DNA of 64,000 bases from Salinispira sp. (GCA_965602015.1 OZ271918.1:1344001-1408000); one strand, 5' to 3'. Shown: positions 46,824-56,920, counted from the first letter of the stretch. Notes: generated from the sequence alone by a model not told the origin. Numbers and translations are program-made.

Positions 46824-47201
46824 TTGATGTTCGGTAAACCTCTTGTGAGGGATACTCGGAAAATCGGGCAGAAGGGCGAACATTTTTGTCGGCAGTTTCT
46901 CCAACAGTTCGGCTGGAAAATTCTGAAACAAAATTTAAGGACTCCATGGGGTGAGGTCGATATTATATGTGAGAGGCAAGGATGCCTCCGGGCAGTTGAG
47001 GTTAAAACCCGTAGCGGGATTAACGGAGACTGGATACCGGGAATCGTTTCCCGCGGCCAACGCCGCCGGGTGCAAAACGGTCTTGTGTGGTACGCAAAGG
47101 ATTGCGGAAAATACCCCTGCCGAGAAATGTCTGTGTATCTGGCCATCGTCGATCTCTTAAAACGGAAAATATCATTTTATCAATTGCCCGCAGAGGAATA
47201 G
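46824..47201 (+). CDS. YraN family protein
   Basis: G..GE, GEVDII, VEVKTR. Confidence 0.85.
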   Translation: MMFGKPLVRDTRKIGQKGEHFCRQFLQQFGWKILKQNLRTPWGEVDIICERQGCLRAVEVKTRSGINGDWIPGIVSRGQRRRVQNGLVWYAKDCGKYPCREMSVYLAIVDLLKRKISFYQLPAEE

Positions 47202-47206
47202 GGATC

Positions 47207-47368
47207 ATGGAAGATCGAATTTCACTCAGAAACCGGGAAACCCAGCTGGAGGATCTCAAGCGGAAAATCCGCGATCCGGGATATCTCCGCGAAGCGGTGA
47301 CAAGGCTTGCGGGAAATCTTACCCGGGAGTACTATCAGCGCACGGAAAATACTGCCGGCAAACACTGA
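47207..47368 (+). CDS. Small hypothetical protein (possible FlgM C-terminal-like)
   Basis: 53 aa, LEDLKRKIRDPGYL; GAGG upstream. Confidence 0.5.
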   Translation: MEDRISLRNRETQLEDLKRKIRDPGYLREAVTRLAGNLTREYYQRTENTAGKH

Positions 47369-47371
47369 GTT

Positions 47372-48094
47372 TTACTCAACATCTATCTCAACTCCGGCGA
47401 TGAGCCTGGCAAGATCTAGGGCCTGACGCCGCACCTCTATCCTCATCCCGGACTGGACTATCAAAAGCACTTCATCAAACAATTCCTGGCTCGTCATACT
47501 CCAGGTTCTCTCATGCATGCTCCGGATAGCCGATAGGATGGAAGAGGTCAGGCGCTCATCGCCCTCCACAATATTCGCTCTGCGGAGAACCGATGAGAAG
47601 CGCTCGTGGCGATGTTCATTGAACGGCGGGGCGATTTCCCTGTACACCACAAAAAGCTCGCTGAGAACCGCAGCATCTCTTTCCATGCCGAGCAGCTCAT
47701 CGACGGCGTCCAGACTGTAATCTCCACCCAAATAGCCCATGACCCGTACCGCCTCTATTCTATCAATAACAGCCGGATTGCTTACCCCGGCGGCGGACTG
47801 ACCGCTCCGGTATGGACTGAGGGCAATCCGTCGCAGGATGAGCACCGCAGCCCGGTCAGCTGAGCTAATTGAGCCGTTGATTGCCTGACGTTCAATAAAA
47901 TCGAGCGCCTGACTGAAGGCATCCTGATTTGCCGCCTGAGTCATGGCATCAAGCCACTGAAGCTCAGACCGTGAAAGCTGAGGCGATTCGAGGGGAACCC
48001 ATTGAATTTGGTCGCTGTCCTGTGCGGTAAGAGTGGCAAGCAGCGCGCAAAAGGGCAGCAGAAGAATAATGGGATTTCGACGATGTGCGCCCAT
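47372..48094 (-). CDS. Secreted HEAT-repeat-like hypothetical protein
   Basis: Signal peptide; helical repeats (RIEAVRVMGYLG). Confidence 0.55.
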   Translation of the reverse strand: MGAHRRNPIILLLPFCALLATLTAQDSDQIQWVPLESPQLSRSELQWLDAMTQAANQDAFSQALDFIERQAINGSISSADRAAVLILRRIALSPYRSGQSAAGVSNPAVIDRIEAVRVMGYLGGDYSLDAVDELLGMERDAAVLSELFVVYREIAPPFNEHRHERFSSVLRRANIVEGDERLTSSILSAIRSMHERTWSMTSQELFDEVLLIVQSGMRIEVRRQALDLARLIAGVEIDVE

Positions 48095-48159
48095 GAATAA
48101 AATAGTACCCGGAAAGACTGTGCTTGACCATAGAGCACAAGGGACCTATGATCAGGTCT

Positions 48160-48639
48160 ATGAAAAAAGCCCTTTTTCCCGGATCGTTTGATCCACCAAC
48201 GAACGGTCATCTGAACATCATCAGCCGGGCCATTGATATTTTCGATGAAATTCATGTGGTTATTGCCGTTAATCCCAATAAATCCTATGCGTTTTCCGCG
48301 GAGGAACGACATCAGATGATGGAGGAACTCTGTACCCCGTATGAAAATGTGCATGTTCATCTATGGGGAAAACTCATCGTCGATTTCGCTGAGAAGATAC
48401 AGGCGAAGGTCCTGCTCAGGGGAGTTCGGGCGCTGGCGGATTTTAATTATGAATTTGAGCTCTCAATGTTAAACCGAGGACTGAATTCACATATAGAGAC
48501 GCTGTTTATGCCGACTGACCCGAAGTACTTTGTGCTGCGCTCCAGCCAGATTCAAGAACTTGTGCGTTTGGGTGGTGATATCACCACGATGGTGCCGCAT
48601 GTGATTCTCGATCGGGTCACTGAGCGGTATCAATTTTAA
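48160..48639 (+). CDS. coaD: Phosphopantetheine adenylyltransferase
   Basis: FPGSFDPPTNGH, RGVR...DF.YE, SS. Confidence 0.95.
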   Translation: MKKALFPGSFDPPTNGHLNIISRAIDIFDEIHVVIAVNPNKSYAFSAEERHQMMEELCTPYENVHVHLWGKLIVDFAEKIQAKVLLRGVRALADFNYEFELSMLNRGLNSHIETLFMPTDPKYFVLRSSQIQELVRLGGDITTMVPHVILDRVTERYQF

Positions 48640-49890
48640 GTGCCCCCAAAACAGCTGATCGAATCAACATAACTCTTTTGCCAGTAGTCTTCTATGACAC
48701 GATTACCAGTTCATAGGAGATTGCCATGGCGTTTCACCCCCGTTTCTGTCCGTACTCGGACTGTTCTCAGCATCATCGCGACAGAGAATCAAGCCGGTGC
48801 TGGTTTGTCCGAAACGGTCACTATCACTGCCGCCGCCTCGGTTCTTCACAGCGCTATCGCTGTAAGCATTGCCGTCGATACTTCTGCGAAAGCGCGTTTC
48901 ACCTCGATTATCGCGCACATCATCGCCTCGATTACCGGCGCATCTTCTCTTCGATCAACTCGGCTTCCGGCATCCGCGACATTGCCCGGGAGTTTTATGT
49001 CACCGACAAGGTCATTCTCAATCGGCTGAGCCGATTGTCCCGTCAGGCAATCGCTGCCATGGCCCAGTTATTGAGCGATCATACAATCGATGAGGATATT
49101 GCCGTTGATGGGTTTGAAAGCTTTGTATATAGCCAATACTGGCCGAACAACTTCACCCTCGCGGTAGGTTCCGACAGCCAGGTTGTCTATGCCTGCGACT
49201 ATGCACAGATGCGGCGCAAAGGGCGGATGACCCCCGCACAAAAGCGCCGGCGCGATGAGCTCAATCGCCGGTATCCTATTGCAGGGGGACAAATTGCGCG
49301 ATCTTTCCGTGATGTGATAAACACCATTCTTCCCAGGTGGAGGGCTTATTCATCGAAGAAGCCATGCTATCTCTTGAGCGATGAAAAACTCGAATACCGC
49401 CGTGAGCTGTTCGCTCACCGGGACTGGGCGGCGTTGGAAAATGCAGGGCGGGTGATCCATCACCGAACCTCATCGAGGGTGGTCAGGACCACTGAGAACC
49501 CCCTGTTTCCGGTGAATTACCTGGATCGGGAGATACGAAAGGATCAATCCTGTCATGTCCGCCAGAGTGTCCAGTGGTCAAAATCGGTGAACAACAGCAT
49601 GGAGCGGATGATGATTTACATCGCCTATCATAACCTGCTCAAGCCGTATCGGATAAACGGACGAAACGATATCAGCCATGGTGAGGTTGCGGGGTTTGAC
49701 CGAAAGCGGGTACTCACGTTGGCAAAAAGGATGTTTACACAGCGGGCCTTCGTTCATCATCTGGTGCTGGACATCAGCCAATGGAAGACCTGGCACCGGA
49801 TCTGGAAGACACCGGTGAGTGCGCTGAAGATCGATCTTCCCGATTATGCGGTGGCCTGAGGAGGGGAAAATCAGCTGTTTTGGGGGCACT
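48639..49890 (+). mobile_element. Insertion sequence, IS1/IS1595-like, about 1.25 kb
   Basis: 21-bp TIR agtgcccccaaaacagctgat (48639-48659 and 49870-49890) bracketing a single transposase-like ORF; interrupts the coaD-rpmF adjacency. Confidence 0.88.
48726..49859 (+). CDS. Putative transposase (Zn ribbon-HTH-RNase H/DDE-like)
   Basis: CPYSDC...RYRCKHC; GIRDIAREF HTH; AVDGFE, LSDEK..Y, VNYLDREIR; YHN..KPY. Confidence 0.8.
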   Translation: MAFHPRFCPYSDCSQHHRDRESSRCWFVRNGHYHCRRLGSSQRYRCKHCRRYFCESAFHLDYRAHHRLDYRRIFSSINSASGIRDIAREFYVTDKVILNRLSRLSRQAIAAMAQLLSDHTIDEDIAVDGFESFVYSQYWPNNFTLAVGSDSQVVYACDYAQMRRKGRMTPAQKRRRDELNRRYPIAGGQIARSFRDVINTILPRWRAYSSKKPCYLLSDEKLEYRRELFAHRDWAALENAGRVIHHRTSSRVVRTTENPLFPVNYLDREIRKDQSCHVRQSVQWSKSVNNSMERMMIYIAYHNLLKPYRINGRNDISHGEVAGFDRKRVLTLAKRMFTQRAFVHHLVLDISQWKTWHRIWKTPVSALKIDLPDYAVA

Positions 49891-50045
49891 ACAATAATTA
49901 CCGAATGTAATTCGAGAATTTCAGGAAAATCTATTGCCAAAGTCACGTACTTCAGGGTAAATTGAATCACGTTCAAGTTAGCTTGACAAAAGGTACAGCT
50001 TCATGTAAGTTCTCTGGAATTAAAGAATAGAGTGAGGATAGTACT

Positions 50046-50234
50046 ATGGCTGTACCAAAGAAACGGGCATCCAAAGCCAGGACCCGTCGCCATCACTCCA
50101 TCAACCGCAAACTTCGTGTTGCGAATCTGGTGGTTTGTGATAACTGCGGCGCGAGCAAGATGCCCCATCGCGTATGTCCTAAATGCGGTTTTTACCGCGG
50201 AAAGCAGGTTATTGAGCCGGATACCCTCTCCTGA
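50046..50234 (+). CDS. rpmF: 50S ribosomal protein L32
   Basis: MAVPKKRASK, CDNCG, PHRVCPKCGFYRG. Confidence 0.96.
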   Translation: MAVPKKRASKARTRRHHSINRKLRVANLVVCDNCGASKMPHRVCPKCGFYRGKQVIEPDTLS

Positions 50235-50333
50235 GAGTGATCCGGCTTGCATGGCCGAACAGTATGCTGCACTTTACTGAGGTGTAGCTGCGGTTCACCG
50301 GCTGCTACACAAACAACACAATGGAGGATTTCC

Positions 50334-50573
50334 ATGGATGAACTGTTCGAGAAGATGAAGAAACTCATCGCCGATAAGCTGGAAGTTGAGGAAAGCAAGA
50401 TTACCCCTGAATCATCGTTCCGTCAGGATCTCGGTGCCGACAGCCTCGACACCTATGAGCTGGTCTACGCCATCGAAGAAGAGATGGGCATCACCATCCC
50501 CGATGAAAAGGCAAACGAATTCGAAACCGTTAAAGACGCTCTCGATTTCATTAAATCCCAACAGAACGGCTGA
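50334..50573 (+). CDS. acpP: Acyl carrier protein
   Basis: DLGADSLD; GGAGG SD. Confidence 0.96.
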   Translation: MDELFEKMKKLIADKLEVEESKITPESSFRQDLGADSLDTYELVYAIEEEMGITIPDEKANEFETVKDALDFIKSQQNG

Positions 50574-50575
50574 TA

Positions 50576-51334
50576 ATGGCCTTCCAAAGGGAAGGCGAAG
50601 CTCTGCGGGCTCCGCATGTTTCGCCCGACCGGAAGAAAGAGCTGCAGCTGTTCGAAAAACACGCTGGATTGAGGTTCAGGAGGCATGACCTTCTGAACCT
50701 TGCTTTTTCTCATCGGTCTTTCGCGAACGAACGGGAGGATCCGGTGGCTAATAACGAGAAACTCGAGTTCCTCGGGGATTCGGTTCTCGGCCTGGTTATC
50801 GCTGAATATCTGTACGATTTGCTTCCCGATGAAGAAGAGGGCAGACTGGCAAAGATTAAATCTTTTGTGGTTTCGGAGGAAAGTCTTGCTGATATTGCCC
50901 GCTCGCTCAAGGTTGACGCCTATTTGCTAATCGGTAAAGGAGAGGAATACTCCGGCGGCCGGTCTAAAAAGGCGCTGGTGGCAGACGCCATGGAAGCGAT
51001 TATCGGGGCGTATTTTTTAGATTCGGGTTTTTTGAAGGTCCGAAAGTTCATCCTCAAGTATTTTGTGCCGGAAATTAATAAAGTACTTGAGAATAAACAT
51101 CGCAAAGATTACAAAACTCTTCTGCAGGAGTTTCTGCAAAAGCGGCATCGGATATATCCGAAATATCACCTGGTCAAAAAAACTGGTCCCGATCACGCCA
51201 AGGAATTCTGGATGGAAGTACAGGTCCTCGACCGGCGATATGGTCCCGGCAGGGGCAGGAATAAGAAGGAAGCCGAGAGAAAGGCGGCCAGGCTGGCTTA
51301 TGAAGACCTTACGGCTGCCGACAAATCGCGCTAA
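50576..51334 (+). CDS. rnc: Ribonuclease III
   Basis: NEKLEFLGDSVL, ADAMEA, dsRBD. Confidence 0.96.
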   Translation: MAFQREGEALRAPHVSPDRKKELQLFEKHAGLRFRRHDLLNLAFSHRSFANEREDPVANNEKLEFLGDSVLGLVIAEYLYDLLPDEEEGRLAKIKSFVVSEESLADIARSLKVDAYLLIGKGEEYSGGRSKKALVADAMEAIIGAYFLDSGFLKVRKFILKYFVPEINKVLENKHRKDYKTLLQEFLQKRHRIYPKYHLVKKTGPDHAKEFWMEVQVLDRRYGPGRGRNKKEAERKAARLAYEDLTAADKSR

Positions 51335-51344
51335 TAACTTCCGC

Positions 51345-52748
51345 TCATCTATCCTTCAACGGCAAAATTTTCTCGCGGTAAAAGTTTTCCGCCAGGTGGA
51401 GCAAAGCTTCCTGTGTATTCATTTCCGGATCATCAATTACTGTCTCTAAAAGATAGTCTAACACCGTACCCATCTCCCGAGATTTGGGGATGCCGGCTTT
51501 TTCATGCAGTGCATTGCCATTAACCGCCAGATCCCCGATTGTCAATGCTGCCCGGTTTTTGAATTGAAGGGATATTAATTCGCGGAGATCCTCAATCCAC
51601 GGTACCGGAAGGGGAGTGAGAGAATCTGCCGTCGGTTGATCCCAAAACGGTCCCAACTTTCCCGCGAGATCTGCGGTCTTGAGTCTCAAAAGATCAAAAA
51701 CCGCATCGCTCCCGACCCGGTTAATAAATCGGCGGATATGCTTTGCTTCCATGTCCGGGCGGGTTTCGAACATGTGATGACGAATCAGACGACAGACGCT
51801 TTTTTCAACTGCTTTGGGGTATTTCATCCGGGTGAGAATTGCCCCGGCCATTTCTTCGGAAACCCGTTCATGACCGGGAGAGTACTCAGTGCCGTCGGGG
51901 CGTCGGACCGTGGTATGTGGAATCCCAATATCGTGCAGAAGCGCTGCAAGGCGAAGCTCGAGGCTCTCAGACGGACTATAATCACATGCGCAGAGCAGAT
52001 GGCTGTAGAGGTCTCTTTCTTCGGGCATTGAATCCCGGCGCACGTTCCGACAGGCATCGAGTTCCGGTAAAAACATCGAAAGGGCTCCGATTTGCCCTGC
52101 GATCGCAAGTCCGACACTCGGTCTGGGTGACAGAAGGATTTTGTTAAACTCATCCCGTATTCTCTCGACGGACACCGGACTGAGGTAATAAAGACGCTCT
52201 TTCATTGCGGAGATGGTCTGTTCATCAATGCTGAATCCGAGGCTGCTTGCGAAGCGGATGCCGCGAATTATCCGAAGTCCGTCTTCAGAAAATCGGTCAA
52301 GCGGATTTCCCACGGTGCGCACAATTTTGCTTTTTATGTCTCTGCGTCCGAAGTGGGGGTCAAGAAGCTCATGGCTGCGCAGGTTGTAGGCCATGGCGTT
52401 AATGGTAAAATCCCGGCGCTTTAGATCTTCGAAGATGTTTCCGGTGTACTCAACCGAATCCGGTCGGCGGGAATCGCTGTAATCGCCGTCGATGCGAAAG
52501 GTCGTTACCTCATAACTCTTTTTTTTGTATCGCAGCGTGACGGTTCCGTGCTCAATGCCTGTGGGTATCACATGGCGAAACAGGCCAATACTGTCTTCCG
52601 GTTTTGCATCGCTAGCCAAGTCCCAATCTTCAGGGCTCCGTCCGAGGACCATGTTCCTCACAGCGCCACCCACTAAAAACAAGGAAAATCCCCCGCTTCG
52701 AAAGATTTTTTCGATCTCAAACAGATCATCCGGAATTTTTGCTTTCAC
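51345..52748 (-). CDS. CCA-adding/poly(A)-polymerase family tRNA nucleotidyltransferase with HD domain
   Basis: LVGGAVR, DWD, RRDFTINA, EDGLR, LLHDIG. Confidence 0.9.
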   Translation of the reverse strand: MKAKIPDDLFEIEKIFRSGGFSLFLVGGAVRNMVLGRSPEDWDLASDAKPEDSIGLFRHVIPTGIEHGTVTLRYKKKSYEVTTFRIDGDYSDSRRPDSVEYTGNIFEDLKRRDFTINAMAYNLRSHELLDPHFGRRDIKSKIVRTVGNPLDRFSEDGLRIIRGIRFASSLGFSIDEQTISAMKERLYYLSPVSVERIRDEFNKILLSPRPSVGLAIAGQIGALSMFLPELDACRNVRRDSMPEERDLYSHLLCACDYSPSESLELRLAALLHDIGIPHTTVRRPDGTEYSPGHERVSEEMAGAILTRMKYPKAVEKSVCRLIRHHMFETRPDMEAKHIRRFINRVGSDAVFDLLRLKTADLAGKLGPFWDQPTADSLTPLPVPWIEDLRELISLQFKNRAALTIGDLAVNGNALHEKAGIPKSREMGTVLDYLLETVIDDPEMNTQEALLHLAENFYREKILPLKDR

Positions 52749-52764
52749 GTAACCAACTATATAT

Positions 52765-52795
52765 AAAAAAACCGGTCCCTTGAAGGGACCGGTTC
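52765..52795 (-). terminator. Terminator after flagellin
   Basis: AACCGGTCCCTT/AAGGGACCGGTT hairpin plus a T run on the minus strand. Confidence 0.85.
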
Positions 52796-52815
52796 TCTGT
52801 TCGGCGTTCTCTTTA

Positions 52816-53688
52816 TTACTGGAGAAGCTGGAGAACAGTCTGGGTCTGCTGGTTTGCCTGCGCCAGCATGGCGTTGGAGCTCTGAACCAGAATCTGATTC
52901 TTTACGAACTCAACCATTTCCGCAGCCATGTCGGTGTCACGAATCTGGCTTTCCGCTGCCTGCAGGTTTTCAGCACCAACTGTTATGCCGGTGCGAGCCA
53001 TTTCCAGCCGGTTCTGATAGGCGCCCAGGTCTGCTCTCTGCTTATTCAGCTTCTGAAGCGCAGTATCTACAACACCGATTACCTGGTTTGCATTGTCGGG
53101 GTTGGAAATGCTGATGAAACTTGCAGAGTGGGGAAGGCCGGCTGTGCCCTGGAGACCGAGACCCTGGGCGGTCATGGTGCCGATAAAGACGCGCTCGCGC
53201 TGATCCATATTGGCGCCGATGTGGAACCACATGCTGCCGGTTACCGCATTGGTACCGGTCTCGGCGGCGAATCGTCCGGTCAGCAGATTCATGCCGTTAA
53301 ACTGGGCATGACTGGCGACCCGGTTAATTTCGTCCACGAGCTGGCTTACCTCGACCTGGATCTGCATTCTGTCCTCGGAGCTGTAGATTCCGTTGGAAGC
53401 CTGAACAGCCAGTTCGCGGATGCGCTGCAGAACATCGCCGGTCGACTGAAGGTAGCCTTCTGTCGTCTGGATGAACGAAATGCCGTCTGCGGCGTTCCGG
53501 TCGGCCTGATTAAGACCGCGGATCTGAGCCCGCATTTTCTCGGAAACCGCAAGGCCCGAAGCATCGTCGCCGGCACGGTTGATCCTCAGGCCGGAAGACA
53601 GTTTTTCGATGCTCTTGTCGACGTCCATCGAGTTGAACTTGTTCTGCCGTTGGGCGAACATAGCGCTGAGATTGTGGTTGATAATCAT
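52816..53688 (-). CDS. flaB: Periplasmic flagellar filament core protein FlaB
   Basis: [45 protein letters not shown]; 290 aa. Confidence 0.96.
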   Translation of the reverse strand: MIINHNLSAMFAQRQNKFNSMDVDKSIEKLSSGLRINRAGDDASGLAVSEKMRAQIRGLNQADRNAADGISFIQTTEGYLQSTGDVLQRIRELAVQASNGIYSSEDRMQIQVEVSQLVDEINRVASHAQFNGMNLLTGRFAAETGTNAVTGSMWFHIGANMDQRERVFIGTMTAQGLGLQGTAGLPHSASFISISNPDNANQVIGVVDTALQKLNKQRADLGAYQNRLEMARTGITVGAENLQAAESQIRDTDMAAEMVEFVKNQILVQSSNAMLAQANQQTQTVLQLLQ

Positions 53689-53735
53689 ACAATCCTCCAT
53701 GATTGTTTGAATCTCTCCGCGTTCTGCGGAGAAGG

Positions 53736-53751
53736 CCGACATCCTTGTCGG
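53736..53751 (-). promoter_or_regulatory. CsrA-type GGA hairpin in the flaB leader
   Basis: CCGACA-AGGA-TGTCGG. Confidence 0.7.
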
Positions 53752-53766
53752 ACCTGTCTGTTATGT

Positions 53767-53793
53767 ACATCGGAAATCTGCTATCATGCTTTA
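53767..53793 (-). promoter_or_regulatory. sigma28 (FliA) promoter of flaB
   Basis: TAAA-N15-TCCGATGT. Confidence 0.75.
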
Positions 53794-53813
53794 GATCTTT
53801 TTTGGGAAATACT

Positions 53814-54488
53814 GTGAAATCTATCTGCGCCGTTATTACCGGGGGGTTGGCCCCAAAAAAACCTCTCGTTGAAGCCGCCCTGGCATACTGCAACAGAATA
53901 ATTGCCGCCGACAGCGGATATGACCGGGCCCTTGAGTGGAATGTGGAAGTCGATGAAGTGGTCGGCGATTTTGATTCAATGGCTAAGGGAGAAGATTCCC
54001 TGAGAGCCCGGGGGATAAAAACAGTCCGACATCCGGTGGATAAAGATTACAGCGATACCGAACTTGCCCTCTACAGAAGCCGTGACCTGGGTGACTCCCG
54101 TCGTATATTATTTGGCGGCGGGGGAGGCCGTCTCGACCACCTGTTGTCCATCATTGGCATGTTCTCCCGCAGTATTTCTCCTGATCTCTGGCTCAGTTCA
54201 GATTCTGAGATTCTCCCGGCCAGGAAAGGTCTGCTTCGACTCGATGGATTAAGGGACCGGCTCATCAGCATCATGCCCATCAGCCCGCCTCCTTTTTATG
54301 TGTATAGCAACGGTTTGCGCTGGGAATTACAGGATGCCGACTGGAAGGAACTGGGCTGCAGTTTGAGTAATATCGGCCGTTCCGATAGAATCGAGATTGA
54401 AGTTTTTCAGGGGGAGTTCCTGATAGTTTTACCCTATGCCGCCGATGACGTTGTACGCGCCCCATCCATAATCGAGAGCTGGAGATAA
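53814..54488 (+). CDS. thiN: Thiamine pyrophosphokinase
   Basis: IAADSG, VGDFDS, KDYSDTELAL, GGRLDH. Confidence 0.9.
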   Translation: MKSICAVITGGLAPKKPLVEAALAYCNRIIAADSGYDRALEWNVEVDEVVGDFDSMAKGEDSLRARGIKTVRHPVDKDYSDTELALYRSRDLGDSRRILFGGGGGRLDHLLSIIGMFSRSISPDLWLSSDSEILPARKGLLRLDGLRDRLISIMPISPPPFYVYSNGLRWELQDADWKELGCSLSNIGRSDRIEIEVFQGEFLIVLPYAADDVVRAPSIIESWR

Positions 54489-54490
54489 TC

Positions 54491-56350
54491 ATGGCAACTA
54501 AAAGCATCCGCGAACTGGCGCTTGCTCTCAGCGAAAACGAGCGCAAAACCCTTCTCTCGAAAATTCAGAAAAGCCTGCAAATTGATGCTGATGAGGCCGC
54601 CAGCATTTTCCATTCCGCCGGCGACAGCGAAAGCCGAAAGGCCGCTATCCGCGCCGAGAGGCAGCGGATGTCGATCTGGGCCAGAATTCTCTTATTTCTG
54701 AGAAAACTGTTTTCTACTAAAACCGAGGACGAACTGGTTGTGGTAATGAGCCTGGAAAAAATCCTCACCCGGCTTCGCGCCAGAAGCCAGGAGCTGATCC
54801 GGGTTGAAGGCCGCTTTCTCATGCCGGACTTTGCAGAATTGGTGTATACCATGTATTTGAGCCTGCTGCCCCTGTTGAATTTCTTCAGAAAATTCTGGAA
54901 GAACCCCCAGCTTCTTCAAGGTCTTGTGGAGTTTGTATTAGACCGCAAAGTGCCGAATGCAAAATCGAGCATCTTTAGGTTCATCACCTTCGATGAACTT
55001 CAGACTCTTTTCGAAAAGTACGAGAATAAGGATGCAATTAAGCGGGAACTCATCCGTCGAATCGACGGGTATCTGACAGATATTCCCCGGGAAGTGTTCG
55101 TGCAGATCGAGGACGGTATCTTTCCTCTGTACTACTACAAGGAACTGATCTTGTTCCCCTTTGAGGAATTTTTCTCCCGTTTTCAGGTCGATATACTGCG
55201 GGTCGCCGAAGGAGGGGAGGCGAGATTCAAGCCCGCCCGAGCCGACGGTTTGCTCAATGAGCTTGAACACCTGTATTACGCAAGCTATGCTGCCCGTCGG
55301 GCTCAAGCGGTGTCCACCCTCCATGAAGAAGTCTTTGTCTATTTTTCCAATATGAGCGACAAACCCCGGGAAGATGACAGTCCCATGCTCGGGAGCGTTC
55401 ACGATCAGAGCCTCGAACCGCCCCATGAGGATCTCGCGGAGATAGATGACAACCCCGAAAGTCAGAAAAGCTTCGAGGAAGTCTCACTCTTAGGTGCTGA
55501 GCAAAAGCGCATTTTCCGTGATGTCGCCGCCGCCGTCGAGAGCTTTTGGCAAAACTGCAACCTGGGCAATATCATCCGGTTTTTCCGGGGCGACCCGTTT
55601 TACCGCTTTATTGCCTACGCGCCCCGCCTGAATATCAGGGATTTCTACCAGTCCGCACTCCAGCTCAAGGTTCTCGAGGAACTGGATGAGCAATATTCCA
55701 ATGTACGCCAGCAGGTAATCAACCGGAAAAAAAATGACGTGTTCCCCCGGGGAATGCAGGGCTTCGAGTATTACCGCAGGTCCCTTTTATCATCATCGAA
55801 TGTGAAGCTGCCGGTTTTCCGCTACGTGGACAGTTTGACGTCCCTGTATCAGTTTCTTATCTATCGCTTTGAGCGGGACTACCTGGAGACCTTTCGCATC
55901 CTCGCCAGAATTTTGCCCGAGCGCTTCCGGGACCAGGGCTCAAGGCTTATCCTGTCGATTGCCAATATTGAGGAATTGCTCGATCACATACGCAGCTTCG
56001 ACTATAGTTTTTCTCCCTTGTCTGATGACGGTAAGAGTTTTTTCAGGCTGCGCTTCGCGGCGGAAAAAGATATCACCCAGTTAAAGGCCTACAGGACAGT
56101 GGTTTCCCAGAAGGATCGGGAAGTGCGCGAGCTGCTTACCAGGGGTAATGAAGCGTGTAAGAATTTGGAGCGCATCCTCAAACCCCTCCTTGAAGCTCCT
56201 CTGGAGAACATCGACGACAGGTTTCAAAGTCTGAGTTCAGTCGGGGACGGAAGCCTTAAAAAGCGGCTCACCAGGGCGAAGGAAGATCTCACGGCTATTC
56301 AGAAAATCATGTTTTACGAACAGCAGCTTGAGGAAGAGTTGGTTATCTAA
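54491..56350 (+). CDS. Conserved spirochaetal hypothetical protein (DUF5312-like)
   Basis: 619-aa helical ORF; LS..ER..LL.KI N-terminus. Confidence 0.6.
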   Translation: MATKSIRELALALSENERKTLLSKIQKSLQIDADEAASIFHSAGDSESRKAAIRAERQRMSIWARILLFLRKLFSTKTEDELVVVMSLEKILTRLRARSQELIRVEGRFLMPDFAELVYTMYLSLLPLLNFFRKFWKNPQLLQGLVEFVLDRKVPNAKSSIFRFITFDELQTLFEKYENKDAIKRELIRRIDGYLTDIPREVFVQIEDGIFPLYYYKELILFPFEEFFSRFQVDILRVAEGGEARFKPARADGLLNELEHLYYASYAARRAQAVSTLHEEVFVYFSNMSDKPREDDSPMLGSVHDQSLEPPHEDLAEIDDNPESQKSFEEVSLLGAEQKRIFRDVAAAVESFWQNCNLGNIIRFFRGDPFYRFIAYAPRLNIRDFYQSALQLKVLEELDEQYSNVRQQVINRKKNDVFPRGMQGFEYYRRSLLSSSNVKLPVFRYVDSLTSLYQFLIYRFERDYLETFRILARILPERFRDQGSRLILSIANIEELLDHIRSFDYSFSPLSDDGKSFFRLRFAAEKDITQLKAYRTVVSQKDREVRELLTRGNEACKNLERILKPLLEAPLENIDDRFQSLSSVGDGSLKKRLTRAKEDLTAIQKIMFYEQQLEEELVI

Positions 56351-56425
56351 TTTTCTATTACGACAGGAGGCATCCCGTATTGAAGTGATAAGCATCGCGC
56401 ACATTTCATCGCCCGCTTGTTTCCT

Positions 56426-56920
56426 TCATTTCCCGGACGAGATGGACGCGAACTCGGAGGCGATTTTATCCCGGGTGTCAAAGGGAGATTCAATCAGCAC
56501 CCTGCGGCCGGCAATAAGATCAGCGATGCCCACTTCGCGCTGGTATCGGGGGATGATGTGAAGGTGGAGGTGGTCAATAGAACCTCCGGCCGCCCCTCCC
56601 ATATTATAGCCCGTGTTATAACCCGCGGGACTCTGTACGCTGTCGAGGACATCAAGAGACAGTGCAGTCAGCCGATGGAGCTCCGCAGCCTCCTCAGGAC
56701 GGAGTTCTCGAATATCCGTTATATGCCGTATTGGGTAGATCAGCAGATGGCCGGGGTTGTATGGATAGAGGTTGACGCTTACGCAGAAAAATTCTCCCCG
56801 GTGCACCGTGAGGTCCACCAGCGATTCGTCCCCTTCGATGAGCCCGCAAAGAATGCATCCCTTATACCGAGGACCCCGCACATAATCGATTTTGTCGAAG
56901 TTCAGGAAATATGAGCTCAT
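56426..56920 (-). CDS. HIT family hydrolase
   Basis: CILC, NLYPYNPGHL, HLHLHIIPR. Confidence 0.92.
   Translation of the reverse strand: MSSYFLNFDKIDYVRGPRYKGCILCGLIEGDESLVDLTVHRGEFFCVSVNLYPYNPGHLLIYPIRHITDIRELRPEEAAELHRLTALSLDVLDSVQSPAGYNTGYNMGGAAGGSIDHLHLHIIPRYQREVGIADLIAGRRVLIESPFDTRDKIASEFASISSGK

Noticed and set aside
52780..53817. 345-aa plus-strand ORF
   Set aside because: Antisense shadow of flaB.
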